Shown here piece after piece: positions 14,680 through 27,189 of a stretch of 64,000 bases of DNA (positions are counted from its first letter, which is position 1; every line of letters begins with the position of its first letter). Below the pieces are notes generated by a model. The model was not told where the DNA came from. It made no database searches and was given only the letters and a program-made list of their open reading frames with translations. The DNA comes from Octopus sinensis (lineage: Eukaryota), in NCBI RefSeq assembly GCF_006345805.1, contig NC_043018.1, positions 12,710,001 through 12,774,000 on the forward strand. Direction: 5' to 3'. The position numbers were made by a program, and so were the translations under genes.

Positions 14680-15569
14680 GCATATGTGGGCACAGGACGT
14701 CATGAAACGTGTACAACAAAAAAGGGTGAAGCACGAGTACATGGAAGATGAACTATTTTTTTGAACAATGAAAGATATAAATGGAAAACAAGACAAACAA
14801 CATAAAGAACAACCCTTCATCAGTTGTTGGCTATTTTTCTACTCTCGTATTTCAAACATTTAACAACAATATACGCTTTCGATAAAACAGTTGCTCCTGC
14901 AAAGCAAATTAAATAAAATTTGGGATTTCGTGGAGGGTCAAAATTGGTAACACAAACAGGACAGTGAAAACAAACAGGAAGAGCTGCTAAGCCTAAATGA
15001 GGTTGTGGTGGCGAACGAATAAATCAAGCTGGGACAGGAGACAAACAAGAACACGTCTTCCTGTAATGATCCCATTATTCCTATTTATCTTTTCAAGATG
15101 GTAGGGCATCATTTGAGGAAGATTTAGCCATTGTTTATAGTTGTTGTTTTGTTTGTCCCTTCTCGAGCCATGCCCGGTTCATAAGGGCCAGTTTCCCGGT
15201 TTCCATGGCATATAGGTTCCCCACCTGGACGAGATGCTGGTCCATCGCAGGTGAGCTGCAAGATGCAGGAGGAAAGCGTGAGAGAAAGTTGTGGCGAAAG
15301 AGTCAGCAGAAGTTTGCCATTAACACACACATTGCCCGGTCTGAGATTCGAACCCACAATCTGCCGACCGCAAGTCCGCTGCTCTAACCACTAGGCCATG
15401 TACCTCCACAGTGTTTATAGTTGGTCAATTGACTCTTTCGAAGCTCTTTCATTGACTAATATTTTAGATGTTGTTGTTGTTGTTGTTGCTTAGCCCCAGA
15501 TTAATCCTGACAGAACAAACCTATCATCAAAGCCACTCAAGTCTACTCCATCAGTTACGACCATTGTTA

Positions 15570-15910
15570 TGATTGCAAATACAAGCAGATAAAATGAGGT
15601 TCCTCTGAAGGATTTCTGGAGTAACATTACTTGATAAAGTGTGCACCTCAGAGGTCAGAGTGTTTCTCCAAGTGAAGCTACTACTTCTCTGAATTAAGAG
15701 ATCACAAGTATGTGATTAGGACATCACAAGACAGAGTCTTCAAGCTGAGCCAGCTGGCAGGAAGACCTAAAGAGAGACCGAGAGTGAGATGATTGGATAA
15801 TAGCCATGGTCTTAGCTGGTCACCCTTGGGAATCCAACTGGGAAGTGTAATGACAATTGCTTCTGATAGGATCCTATGGAGAAGGTGCCTAAGGACTCTA
15901 TTCTCATGAA
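15570..15910 (+). mobile_element. Old RTE-type LINE 3' fragment
   Basis: Degenerate translation resembling IQA.EMRFLRRISGVTLLDKV...RP.GRPR.RW.D. Confidence 0.55.
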
Positions 15911-16319
15911 CAGTGGGTGGGGATGGATAATCCATATGTATGTATATCTATCTATATATATGAACACACACACACATATTTATACATAACAGGCTTCTTT
16001 CAGTTTTCGTTTACCAAATCCACTCACAAGGCTTTGATCAATCCAGACCTATAGTAGAAGACACCCAAGGTGCCATTCAGTGGGAATGAACTTGAAACAA
16101 TATGGTTGCAAAACAAGCTTTTGAACCACTCGGCCATGCCAGCACCTAAAAAATCATTTAGTAGTATTGAGGTTTTGATGAAGCTGAAAATGAGAAAAGA
16201 ACATTCGTTAAAAAATCCTCTTTAACAACATATATGATTTTAATGTGTCTAGGGAGGGTCATTATGCCAATATAATTAACACACAGACACTGGTTCAATT
16301 CCATTCATTTATTATTAGT

Positions 16320-18543
16320 CAATTTGTATCCTTGTGGTACCAGTGCCGGTGGCACACAAGAATCCATCCGAACGTGGCCGTAGTCAGTACCGCTTGTGGT
16401 ACCACTGCCGGTGGCACACAAGAATCCATCCGAACGTGGCCGCAGTCAGTACCGCTTGTGGTACCAGTGCCGGTGGCACACAAGAATCCATCCGAACGTG
16501 GCCGTAGTCAGTACCGCATCACTCGCCATCGTGCTGTGGGCACATAACAAACCACCATCCGGCGTGGCCGTTCGCCAGCCTCATCTAGCACCTGTGTCGG
16601 TGGCACATAAAAAGTAGTCAGTAACCGCTTGTGGTACCAGTGCCGGTGGCACACAAGAATCCATCCGAACATGGCCGTAGTCAGTACCCCATCATCACTG
16701 GCCTCGTGCTGTGGGCACATAACAACACCATCCGGTCGTGGCCGTTCGCCGCCAGCCTCATCTAGCACCTGTGTCGGTGGCACATAAAAAACACCTTCCG
16801 AAGACCCGGCAAGACTAGTCAGGCCATAAAACATGGCCCCTACCTGGGACGTAGTCAGTCCACCTGTGCATACCTTCCTCCTTGTGATACTTGTGAAGGC
16901 CTGTTGAGGCAAGTGAAAATCAAAATCAAAATCAAATCAAAACAAATCAAAATAGATGAACATCAATGGAATTTGTATCTTTGTGGTACCAGTGCCGGTG
17001 GTACACAAGAGAAAACCATCCGAAAGTGGCCGTAGCCAGTACCGCATCGACTGGCCTCCGTGCTGTGGGCACATGACAAACACCATCCGATTGTGGCCGT
17101 TCGCCAGCCTCATCTAGCACCTGTGTCGGTGGCACATAAAAACACCATCCGAAGACCCGGCAAGACTAGTCAGGCCATAACCCATGGCCCCTACCTGGGA
17201 CGTAGTCAGTCCACCTGTGCATACCTTCCTTCTTGTGACACTTGTGAAGACCTGTTGAGGCAAGTGAAAATCAAATCAAAACAAATCAAAATAGATGAAC
17301 ATCATGGAATCTGTATCTTTGTGGTACCAGTGCCGTGGCACACACTTTGTGGTACCAGTGCGGTGGCACACAAGAGAACCATCCGAACGTGGCCGTAGCC
17401 AGTTCCGCATCGAGCGGCCTCCGTGCTGTGGGCACATAACAAACACCATTCGATCATGGCCGTTCGCCAGCCTCATCTGGCACCTGTGTCGGTGGCACAT
17501 AAAAACACCTTCCGAAGACCCGGCAAGACTAGTCAGTCCACCTGTGCATACCTTCCTTCTTGTGACACTTGTGAAGACCGGTTGAGGCAAGTGAAAATCA
17601 AAATCAAATCAAAATAGACAAAATAGATGAACATCAATGGAATTTGGTATCTTGTGGTACCAGTGCCTGTGGCACACAAGAAATCCATCAGTGCCGTAGT
17701 CAGTGCGGTGGGCACATGACAAACACCATCCGATCGTGGCCGTTCGCCAGCCTCATCTAGCACCTGTGTCGGTGGCACATAAAAACACCATCCGAAGACC
17801 CGGCAAGACTAGCAGGCCATAACCCATGGCCCCTACCTGGGACGTAGTCAGTCCACCTGTGCATACCTTCCTTCTTGTGACACTTGTGAAGACCTGTTGA
17901 GGCAAGTGAAAATCAAAACAAATCAAAATAGATGAACATCAATGGAATTTGTATCTTTGTGGTACCAGTGCCGGTGGCACGTGGCACATAAGAAAACCAT
18001 CCGAACGTGGCCGTAGCCAGTACCGACCCGCATCAACTGGCCTCCGTGCTGTGGGCACGTAACAAGCACCATCCGATCGTGGCCGTTTGCCAGCCTCATC
18101 TGGCACCTGTGTCGGTGGCACATAAAAACACCATCCGAGCGTGGCCGTCTGCCAGCCTCGTCTGGCACCTGTGTCGGTGGCACATAAAAACAACCATCCG
18201 AGCGTGGCCGTCTGCCAGCCTCGTCTGGCACCTGTGTCGGTGGCACATAAAAACACCATCCGAGCGTTGCCGTCTGCCAGCCTCGTCTGGCACCTGTGTC
18301 GGTGGCACATAAAAACACCATCCGAGCGTGGCCGTCTGCCAGCCTCGTCTGGCACCTGTGTCGGTGGCACATAAAATCACCCACTACACTCTCGGAGTGG
18401 TTGGCGTTAGGAAGGGCATCCAGCTGTAGAAACACTGCCAGATCTGACTGGACTGTGGCACTTCGGGCTCCCAGACCCCAGTTGAACCGTCCAACCCATG
18501 CTAGCATGGAAAGCGACGTAAATGATGATGATGATGATGATGA
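16320..18543 (+). repeat. Nested tandem array derived from an RTE-LINE 3' UTR, ending in a (GAT)n tail
   Basis: Large units start GAAGACCCGGCAAGACTA at 16800, 17151, 17514 and 17794. Nested ~58-62 bp subunits contain GTGCCGGTGGCAC. The 3' end is shared with the RTE copy at 36600-37090. Confidence 0.9.
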
Positions 18544-21500
18544 ATTGGTCAAATATTCAAATGTTTGGTTTTCATTTGTCAAAGCTCTTTCATTGCTACT
18601 TGTAACCTTTCCAATGACTATTGACTTAGTGGCATTTTGTTTGTCTTTAGATTCTGAGTTCAAATTCTGCCGGGATCAGTTTTGCCTTTCATCATTTCAG
18701 GATCGATAAAATACGTACCAGTTAAACACTAGGGTCAATTCAATTGACCCTTCTCCCAAGGCTGCTGGCCTTGTGCCAAAATTTGAAACCAATATTGTGA
18801 TGTGTCCTAATGAGAACCAACTAAAAGGTAGACACTAGAATGAAATGTTGGCCAACAAAGCCTTATGGATGAATGGCAACCAAAACTTCAAACTGAAAAC
18901 CCTGAACCTAAAAAATCAGTGCCTATGGAGTCCCTGAATCTAACGATACAGCATTTAATTGCCACCGAAAGTAAAATAATAAATGACCTCACTGTCTTTG
19001 AAATTTTGAAATGTGTTCATAAGTTATTAAAACACCTAAAACTTTGGATAACAGCATACAGGTACAATAAAGACGCCACAGGTAAGCACATAAATGCAAA
19101 ACAGGTGGGAAAATATAGTACTTGAATACCTAACCAGATTTTAATATTGAGCTATGCACCATAGGTTTGTCAAGACAAGAGCTCATTGTCACTGCTTAGC
19201 AACAACAACAACAACAACGAGTACAACAAGGACAGGGACAAGAGCAACAACAACAAACATGACAATGGCAGCGAGTCAATGATCTGATAATAAAAAAACC
19301 CAGTTTTGTTGTAATTTGCACCAATAAGCTTCAGTTTTCTGATAGATATCTGATATTCTCTGTCACTTGCTTTCTATCTGATAGATGACCCACTACAAAA
19401 TAGATATTTATAGATATTTTGAACCTCATTTATTATAGACATTTTGACACAGACATACAAGTATACATATGTGTGTGTGTCTGTGTGTTTATCACAAATA
19501 ATATCCTAGCCTATAAGTTGCCCTCTGTGCAGACTTTTAAGCTTCTGTGGACGGCCAACTGGGCTTATGGCCCAAAACTAAAGAGAGCTAAATAGCACAG
19601 TTCATCTAAGAGGCTTCCACACAGTTTTCACCCACCCAGTTTCGTTCACAAGGCTTAGATTGATGTGACACACATTCGAGATGCCTTATAGAGGGATCAA
19701 ACCTGGAATTATTCAGCCTTATTACATCTACATAATGGGGGTGAGGGAGGGGAGAGAGAGAGGAGTGAAAGAGAGGGAGAAAAAAGAGAGAGGGGGGAAG
19801 AGAGTTGGAGCAGGAGGATCATATAACTCCAGTTCCTCTCTCTAATCACATACAGATCTGTTTTCTGTGTGCTGAAGTATTGTTCAGCATTTTACATCTT
19901 TCTCTCTCTCTCTTTTTCCACACATATATATATTTATCATTTATTCAACTGCGGCCATGCTGGGGCATTGTCTTGAAGGTTTTAATCGAACAAATCGACC
20001 CCAGCACCTGCTTTCTATAAAGCCTGGTGCTAACACCAGTCTCCCCCGAAGTTACGGGAACGTAAACAAACCACCACCAGTTGTCAATCGATAGTGAAGA
20101 ACAAACACAAATACACGCATAGTGTCTTCTATTTTCACTCCCGGGCTTTTGTCGGCCCTGGAGTTATAGTAGTTGGGGAGCAAACTTCTTACCATGCAGG
20201 CACGCCTGCGTCTGCGATTTCTTAGCATGTAGCCTACGATGGTTATATGTAGGACATAAGTTCCACAGTAAAAAGTCTAATGTCGGTGGTCTCATTCATA
20301 AATGCCATTTAATCCAAAGTCAACAGTTGGTGACCAAACCTATTAATCTTTTCTTCTATAGGCACAAGGCCCGAAATTTTTGAGGTTGATTAGATCGACC
20401 TCAGTACGCAACTGGTACTTAATTTATCGACCCCGAAAAGAGGAAAGGCAAAGTCGACCTCGGCGGAATTTGAACTCAAAACGTAAAGACAGCTAACTTA
20501 TTAATCAAAGGTATCCTAATCACAACCATCCCATTGTCTCTTCGATATTGCATTACGTATCTATTATGACAGCGTATCAAGACGGCGGCAGGGGTGTGGA
20601 ATACGAGGGTAACATTTGGTTGCTGAGTCTAGCAGTTCGAACAACCACGAAGAGGCTTCCTCGTCGGCTCATGTTTTTTTGATTGGCCCCTGGTCAACCT
20701 TGATCGAGCAGACAATAATCCAAGTCTTTCTTTTTTTATCTTGTCTCTCATGTTTTCTTCTTCAAGTGAGATGTGAGTTCAGAGAGATTTAGCTCCTATT
20801 TCTTGTGGGGTAACCGCGATGATATTTCCGCGTTGGTTCGAAGGCTCAAGAGATCGGCGTTATAATTAATATACCAAGCCATTAAGAATTTAATGTTGAA
20901 CCCTCTTCTATATTTTGTGCTTAAATTTCTTCGGTATCTACTTTTTTCTTCGCTCATGATTATATTTTTTGTCTTGGATTTATATTTTAATGTGGAATAT
21001 TTACGTAATTAAATAGGCTGTAACATTATCCTTACTGTTGATTAGTACCCGTAATATGCTCAGTTGATTTCCTCGACACTATCTTCTCCGCACCTACCAC
21101 GAAAAAGAGTAAATAACAGCGTTTTGTTTATGTACGAATTAATAAATTTGAACTTAAAGAAACCTATGAGAGAGAGAGAGAGAGAGAGAGAAAGAAAGAG
21201 CGAGAAGAAGAGAGAGAGAAAGAAAGAGAGAGAGAGGGAACGTGTGAGTGAAAGAAAAAAGGAAAGAAAGAATTGAGGGACGAGAAAGTATATAAATGTA
21301 TGCACATATAAATATATGTGTAAACATCGATTCTTAATTGCTTTTATCAAGCTTTTCTTATTAATCTCGAAGACCTTTTAAACACCAAAACAAATAACGA
21401 CTACTAATATAGATTTGACACAAACTGAACTGCTTTTTTTTTTTTTTTCTTTTCTTCCCGTAAGGAATAAATGTAAAGTCAGTTGAATGGGGTTCGGTGC

Positions 21501-22489
21501 ATAACTGACTAATTTAACGACCTGAGGAAAGACGAAAATCGGACTCTGACGCGTCTTGAAGCAGTCAGAAATATTTTCCTCCATTGAAAAACTTCAGGCT
21601 TTCTCCCTTTCTCTCTCTCTCTCTCTCTGTTCTATTAAGCAGACTCAACGTAATGATGAAGTCCAGCTGGTCGATCGCTCGACGATGAGAAGAGGGAGAC
21701 GCGGCAGATCAGAATGAGGGGAGAGATAGAGAGAGAGAGAGAAAAAAGAAACATGAAAAAGAAAGAGATGGTCAAACTTTCAATAAAGAGATGCAATCAA
21801 AGAAAAATATAAAGATTAACAAAATTAAATTAAAACTACTGTAAATAGCAAATCGGCGCATCTGCCCATATTTTCTAAGTAAAGGCCGAGAGATGATGAA
21901 GTGAAGAAGGAGAGAAAGTTTGTGAAAGGTCTGTGTGTGTCGTTGGAATGAGTAAGATTGGAAGAGGTTTTAAGAAAACAACAACCATGAAAGAGAGCAA
22001 AGAATAAAAATGTTTTCTCTTGGAGTTACCTCCCTTACAACAAAAAAGTCAAAATTACTCTTCGTATTTATTCCATTATTTCACAATAGAAACATTCAAA
22101 AATGCATTCGTTGCAGCTGTAAATTTATTTTCATACATATATTTGAATTTCAAATACATTTACAATATCTTATATATCTTAATTTCATTTTATTTCCCAT
22201 CTGACGTCCAGTTCCTAACATCTTTCATAAAAGTTGCCTGATCGTTGGTCGTTGTTTTCTTCCTTTTGAAAAAAATTTTTTTCGTGTTTTTTTCTTTTTC
22301 TTTCAATGAAAGACCTGTATGCTGGCTGGAAACTTCAGCTCTTGCTTCTCCGTCTTCTTTCGCCTACACCATTCGCCCAGACACTCGCTACTTTCATCAA
22401 TACAACCGTTTCTATTTCTATTTCTCTATAAAAATATTTATTTGTGTGTTTGTCGGGATTTACCTGCTGAGGATGGCAAGACGTGCGGA

Positions 22490-22546
22490 TGCGCATGCGC
22501 CGCCGTATTAGAATCTTGAGGGCCGTGCGCTCGGAAAATGGCGGAC
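22490..22546. promoter_or_regulatory. CpG-rich promoter with NRF1-type palindrome and YY1-type motif overlapping the start codon
   Basis: TGCGCATGCGC at 22490-22500 and AAAATGGCGG at 22535-22544, in a locally CpG-enriched region of an otherwise CpG-poor window. Confidence 0.6.
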
Positions 22547-22689
22547 GAGAGACGGGGGCACCACCAAGCCGTTTGTAAAGGCGAGAAATTACCTGTATTC
22601 ATCGAGGAAGCTATCGAGGATGTCCTCATCGTGTGCTTGGAGGCCGGCGCCAAGAAATACCGCGGTGTTCTGGTCGATTCCGACAAAAG
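22538..22689 (+). CDS. PWWP2A: PWWP domain-containing protein 2 (PWWP2A/B-like), coding exon 1
   Basis: ATG in aaaATGG context. Translates MADERRGHHQAVCKGEKLPVFIEEAIEDVLIVCLEAGAKKYRGVLVDSDK(R), which resembles the PWWP2 N-terminal motif (IEDALVV...GVLMDLSKR.GPHG) as I recall it. Ends AG|GTAAGC (phase 2) and joins exon 2 in frame. Confidence 0.9.
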
Positions 22690-23086
22690 GTAAGCTCAAA
22701 TATTTTAATTATTCTTTGGGCCAGAGCTATCGTATTGAAATGTTGTCAAAAAGTGTGACGACAGCTGACTTTTCCTGTCAGCGTCCGTGTCTGCTATTTT
22801 TGGCTATTTTCATATTTCCATTTCTCTCTCTTTCAATGTTTTGCCTTTCTTCAATCTTCTGCCCAACATCTTTGCACAACAACGGTGCCGTTGATAAACA
22901 TATAGAGATGCACACACATTTTAAAAAAAACCTTCTACCCATTTGTTTTAAGTAACAATGAGTCGGTCATTCGGCTCCGACCGCCGACGAATCTGTTTTT
23001 GTGTATCAGGCGAATCATTGAAACATCTTTCGAAACTGCTACTGAATCAGTAAGTTCCAACGGGAATGAAATAAATGTAATTATAT

Positions 23087-23122
<36 letters not shown>

Positions 23123-23359
23123 CTCTCTCATAGTATGTGTGTGTGTCTGTATTGTAAATATATATATATATGTATATATATATATGTATATATATATATA
23201 TGTATATAGGTGTGTGTGTGTATATAGATATTTATAGATATATCCTTATTATTACTCTTATTATATGTGAATGAATGTATATGTATGTCTGCATGGTCCC
23301 ACACCTCCCAGATTCACCTATTCAGCTTAATTAAATCCACAATTTGTTTCTTGTTGCAG

Positions 23360-25643
23360 AAGTTTGCCCCACGGTGTATGTTTCCCGTTTAAAAGGGATT
23401 CCAATGATGACTCGTCAGATAGTAAAAGTGACACGAACGTTGGGTGTACCGAGAAGGGAGATCAGAATGTTCAGATCTCTGCTGCGGCCCTTCGGCATAC
23501 GTACAATCAGGATTTTTCACAGTTCGGCGAAAAGGTTGTAGCATTGACCAAAAGGACGTACACTAGACATTTCAAAGACAAGACTGTGCGAAGTATTCGC
23601 CTTAGACCTCGTCAAACTCTGTGCTCCAAATGCAAGTCGGCATGCCATGACAGTGCGGCAGATCCGAGTTCTTCCATTGCTAAGAGCTCTCAGAACTCTT
23701 CACTGTCTTCTGTTTCACAATCTTCTTCAAACTCTCTTCACTCTCTTCCATCCCGGCTTTCAACACCCACATCTCTTAAACCACTACTTCTCCCACCGCC
23801 GCCGCCGCCGCCTCCACCACCCCCACCACAATTTCCAGCCCCTTTGCCTCTGACCACACGTAACAACCAAAACACTCGAAACAACACTCTCATGTTCAAT
23901 GCACGTAGTAGATCCCCACCAATAACCAGAAACCGGCAACAAAATACCCCGCTCTCTTCCCCCAAAACTAATCGGTATTGCCAACCGCCTCCTTCTCCAA
24001 AACCATCACGTTATAGTCAACCACCTCCTTCACCAAAAACTACAAGGTACAACCAGCCCCCGCCATCTCCAAAAACTACACGATACAGTAGCAACCAGCC
24101 ACCTCCATCGCCCCGGGCAACACGATACAATCAGCCACCCCCTTCACCTAAAAATACATATTACAATCAACCACCACCATCACCCAAGAACTCAAGGTAT
24201 GCCCAACCCCCTCCATCCCCCAAGCCCTCTCGTTACAACCAGCCTCCACCCTCACCTAAATCTTTACGTTACAACCAACCACCACCATCACCTAAGCCTC
24301 CTCATTACAATCAGCCACCACCATCTCCACGCAATTCTCGTTATAGCTTACCACCACCATCACCTAAACCCCCTCGCTTCAATCACCCTTCTCAATCTCC
24401 TAAACCTCCACGCTTTAATCAACCCCCACAATCTCCCAGACCAGTAAGTTCCCCAATAACCCTCCCCCTACCACAAGCCCAGGTTCAGCTGGAACCTCTG
24501 AAACTCACAGAACATCCAGAAACAAGGAGTGAGTCTCGAAAGAGGAAAAGCTCTCTGGCCGAGGAGTATGTGCCTACTAATGATAAACTGAACCCTAAAT
24601 CTGAAGGACTGACCATTGTGAAATCTAGTCCAATTATAAAAATATCAGTTGGTGAGGGGACTGTGCTAAAAATTCCTCCTCGCCTTCATTCTGAAGTAGT
24701 GGATACAGACCAATCTTCAGATGAAAAACTTGAAAATAAAGAATATTCAAGTCATAAAAGATTGAAAAAAGCTTTAAAGAAAGCCAAGGAGAAGCTGAAA
24801 CGGGTAGACTCTGAAAATGGTGATAAAATCTCGTCAGGTCATCACCGAAAGCACAAGCGGAAGCATAAACATAAACATGCTTGTGCGGATATAGATCGTA
24901 ATTTACCAGCTCTGGGTGTTGACAAATCAAACAGAGAGGAAAATGACTTTGAAACTGAGCCGACTGATTCTGAGATGAACGACCATCAGCGGCCTCGGTT
25001 GTTGTACACTTGGCGGCGAAACAGCGGTTTATCACGGGTAGAATCGGAGAGTTCAGCAAACACCATATCAGGAGATTTAAAAAATGAAAAATCCACAGTA
25101 AATCTTTTGCTTGATAATTCTTTAGAAACGAAATCGGAATCCTCAGGCGAATCGACGGACGGTTTTAACTCAAACTCAGCTAACGGGATATCTGATTCGG
25201 ACTCTGATTACAGGGATGAATATGAAGAGCAAGAATTCCCAGGGAGTCAGTCACCCACGTCTGATTCCCTGAAACCTCTCATGATGAAAATTCAAACTAA
25301 AACTGTTACAAAAGTTGAAACTTCTGAGGGTCGTATAATTCATGTTGGAGATATTGTCTGGGGTAAGATTCAGGGCTTTCCCTGGTGGCCAGGACGAGTC
25401 CTCTCCATTACTGTAAGTACACGAGACAATGGAGTTGTGATAGCTCAGCTGGCTCACGTCTCGTGGTTTGGGTCCTCCACTATGTCACATATGCAGTGTG
25501 TCGATTTATATCCATTTTTAGAAGACTTTAAACTCCGATACAACAAAAAGAAGCGGGGTCCTTATAAAGTGGCTATAAAACAGGCAACTGTGGCTGCCAA
25601 GAGTTTCCTTGGAAATATCAAAATGGAAGATTTTGAATTGTGA
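23360..25643 (+). CDS. PWWP2A: PWWP domain-containing protein 2 (PWWP2A/B-like), coding exon 2; spliced protein 811 aa
   Basis: Acceptor ttcttgttgcag|A completes AGA. Open to TGA at 25643. Contains LRHTYNQ and IRLRPRQTLCSKCK motifs, a basic HRKHKRKHKHKH stretch, and a C-terminal PWWP domain (VGDIVWGKIQGFPWWPGRVLSITVS...VSWFGS...KKKRGPYKVAI). Probably the single invertebrate counterpart of PWWP2A/2B. Confidence 0.93.
23976..24449 (+). repeat. Coding tandem repeat: 13 x 12-aa (Y/F)xQPPPSP(K/R)xxR
   Basis: Read directly from the translation: 36-nt period with one 6-nt insertion and heavy synonymous variation between units. Confidence 0.95.
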
Positions 25644-27001
25644 CCACTATTGGTATCTTCACAGTCCCTTTCTTTTTTTTTTAAACATAGATTTTATCAT
25701 CTGGATCCTATCTAATCTGTTGCTTTAGCTTAACATGGCTTTCATTCATTTGGTTCCATTTTATTCTACAAAATGGAACCAATCTGTTGTTTTATTTCAG
25801 AAACTTGAAAAAAAAAATGAAAAAATAACAATTATCTCTTGCTCTTGTTTATCTCTTGCTTTTATTTTTTGCTTTTATTTATTTTTTTTAAATAAGAGAT
25901 TGTTGATCAGAAAAGAAAATAAGGAAACAAAATTTCCTGCCAAGTTAATCTATATTGCTACAAATTATCGTTATGTAACTTGGGGTTTCGGAAAAGCAAA
26001 ACAGTAAATTCCTGTAACACATTTATAGATGGAATTTTCAAGTTTATAGGTTGTAAAAAGTTTTCTGTAATTGCAAAGTAAAACCGTTTTTTAAGTACAC
26101 ACATACTTACACAATATAAACTAGTTACACCCTATCTGTGAATTCACACTCTATTTGTCTTTCTCGATACTTATGCATCACATAACATGTGCTGTACATG
26201 TCTATCAAATGTTTATGTAGACATGCATGGAATTGGCTTCTGCACATTTATGCATGTTACATATTCTCATATATACAATCACATTTCATTCAATACTCTA
26301 AAATTAGGTTTGATTTCTGCTCATCCTCTGGCCCTAATGGATAAACCCTTTCCTTGTACCATTGGCCAAGTTTTCTAATCTGGTATATTTCTTATTTAGC
26401 AGGATGTAAGCATTTATTAGTCCATTCAGTGCTATTGCAAATCCTCATGTTTATAACACTTTGTAATTTTGATAAATTGCATCTCTCAAACACACACATT
26501 TTAAAATTCTTATACAAGAATTTTGTTGACAGTGACTTTGAAGTTTTGGCCATCTAAACCATTGTTGGACTGCAATGCTTTAGGATTAGTTTTGCCTCTG
26601 TTGAGTTAAAATCGTCTTTGGGTGTGTGGGGTGGTAAACGATGGCTTATCTGACCGAAAACTTCCAAGTCACTGTCAACAACATTCTTGTATAAGAATAA
26701 TAAATTAGTTCTCTCCAAGAGTATAGAGTTACCCATCAGATTAATGTAAAATTGTTTCTATCATAACTGGACATTAGGGCGGGGAGCTGGCAGAATTATT
26801 AGAACACCAGACAAAATGCTTAGCAGTATTTCGTCTGAGTTCAAATTCTGCCAAGGTCGACTTTGCCTTTCATCCCTTCGGGGTCAACAGGTTAAGTACC
26901 AGTCAAGCACTGGGGTCGACGTGGTCAACTATCCCCCTCCCCACAAATTCCAGCCTTGTTCCTATAGTAGAAAGGATTATAACTGAACATAAAGACAAAC
27001 A

Positions 27002-27047
<46 letters not shown>

Positions 27048-27065
27048 CACACACTCACACTCATG

Positions 27066-27189
27066 CAGGGTGTCTTATAATGATCAAACGTTTTAGATGT
27101 AAGTAGGACTGGAACGAGAGCACTTATTAAGGAGTGTACCCACAATCTCACTCCAAATAAACTGTATCCCATCGTTATAAGACACTTTG
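27066..27189. mobile_element. Small Tc1/mariner-like MITE
   Basis: CAGGGTGTCTTATAATGAT ... ATCGTTATAAGACACTTTG imperfect TIRs. Confidence 0.55.

Noticed and set aside
14810-14890. Minus-strand GAAA...TTGTTG/CAACAA-CTGATGA permuted hammerhead
   Set aside because: Stem I is plausible, but stems II and III do not pair. Perhaps an old PLE remnant, but not supportable.
16320-18375. CRISPR-like appearance (palindromic ~30-bp motif at ~60-bp spacing)
   Set aside because: The intervening segments are homologous to each other, there are no cas genes, the context is eukaryotic, and the array ends in a retroposon tail.
21522-21584. PIFVFP resemblance to the MOSPD1 N-terminus (LPVFVFP)
   Set aside because: Six-residue match only, weak donor, and no downstream MSP-domain exon found in the window.
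23364-23366. TTG start suggested by the ORF track for the 759-aa ORF
   Set aside because: It lies just after a splice acceptor. The upstream ATG exon at 22538-22689 joins in frame.
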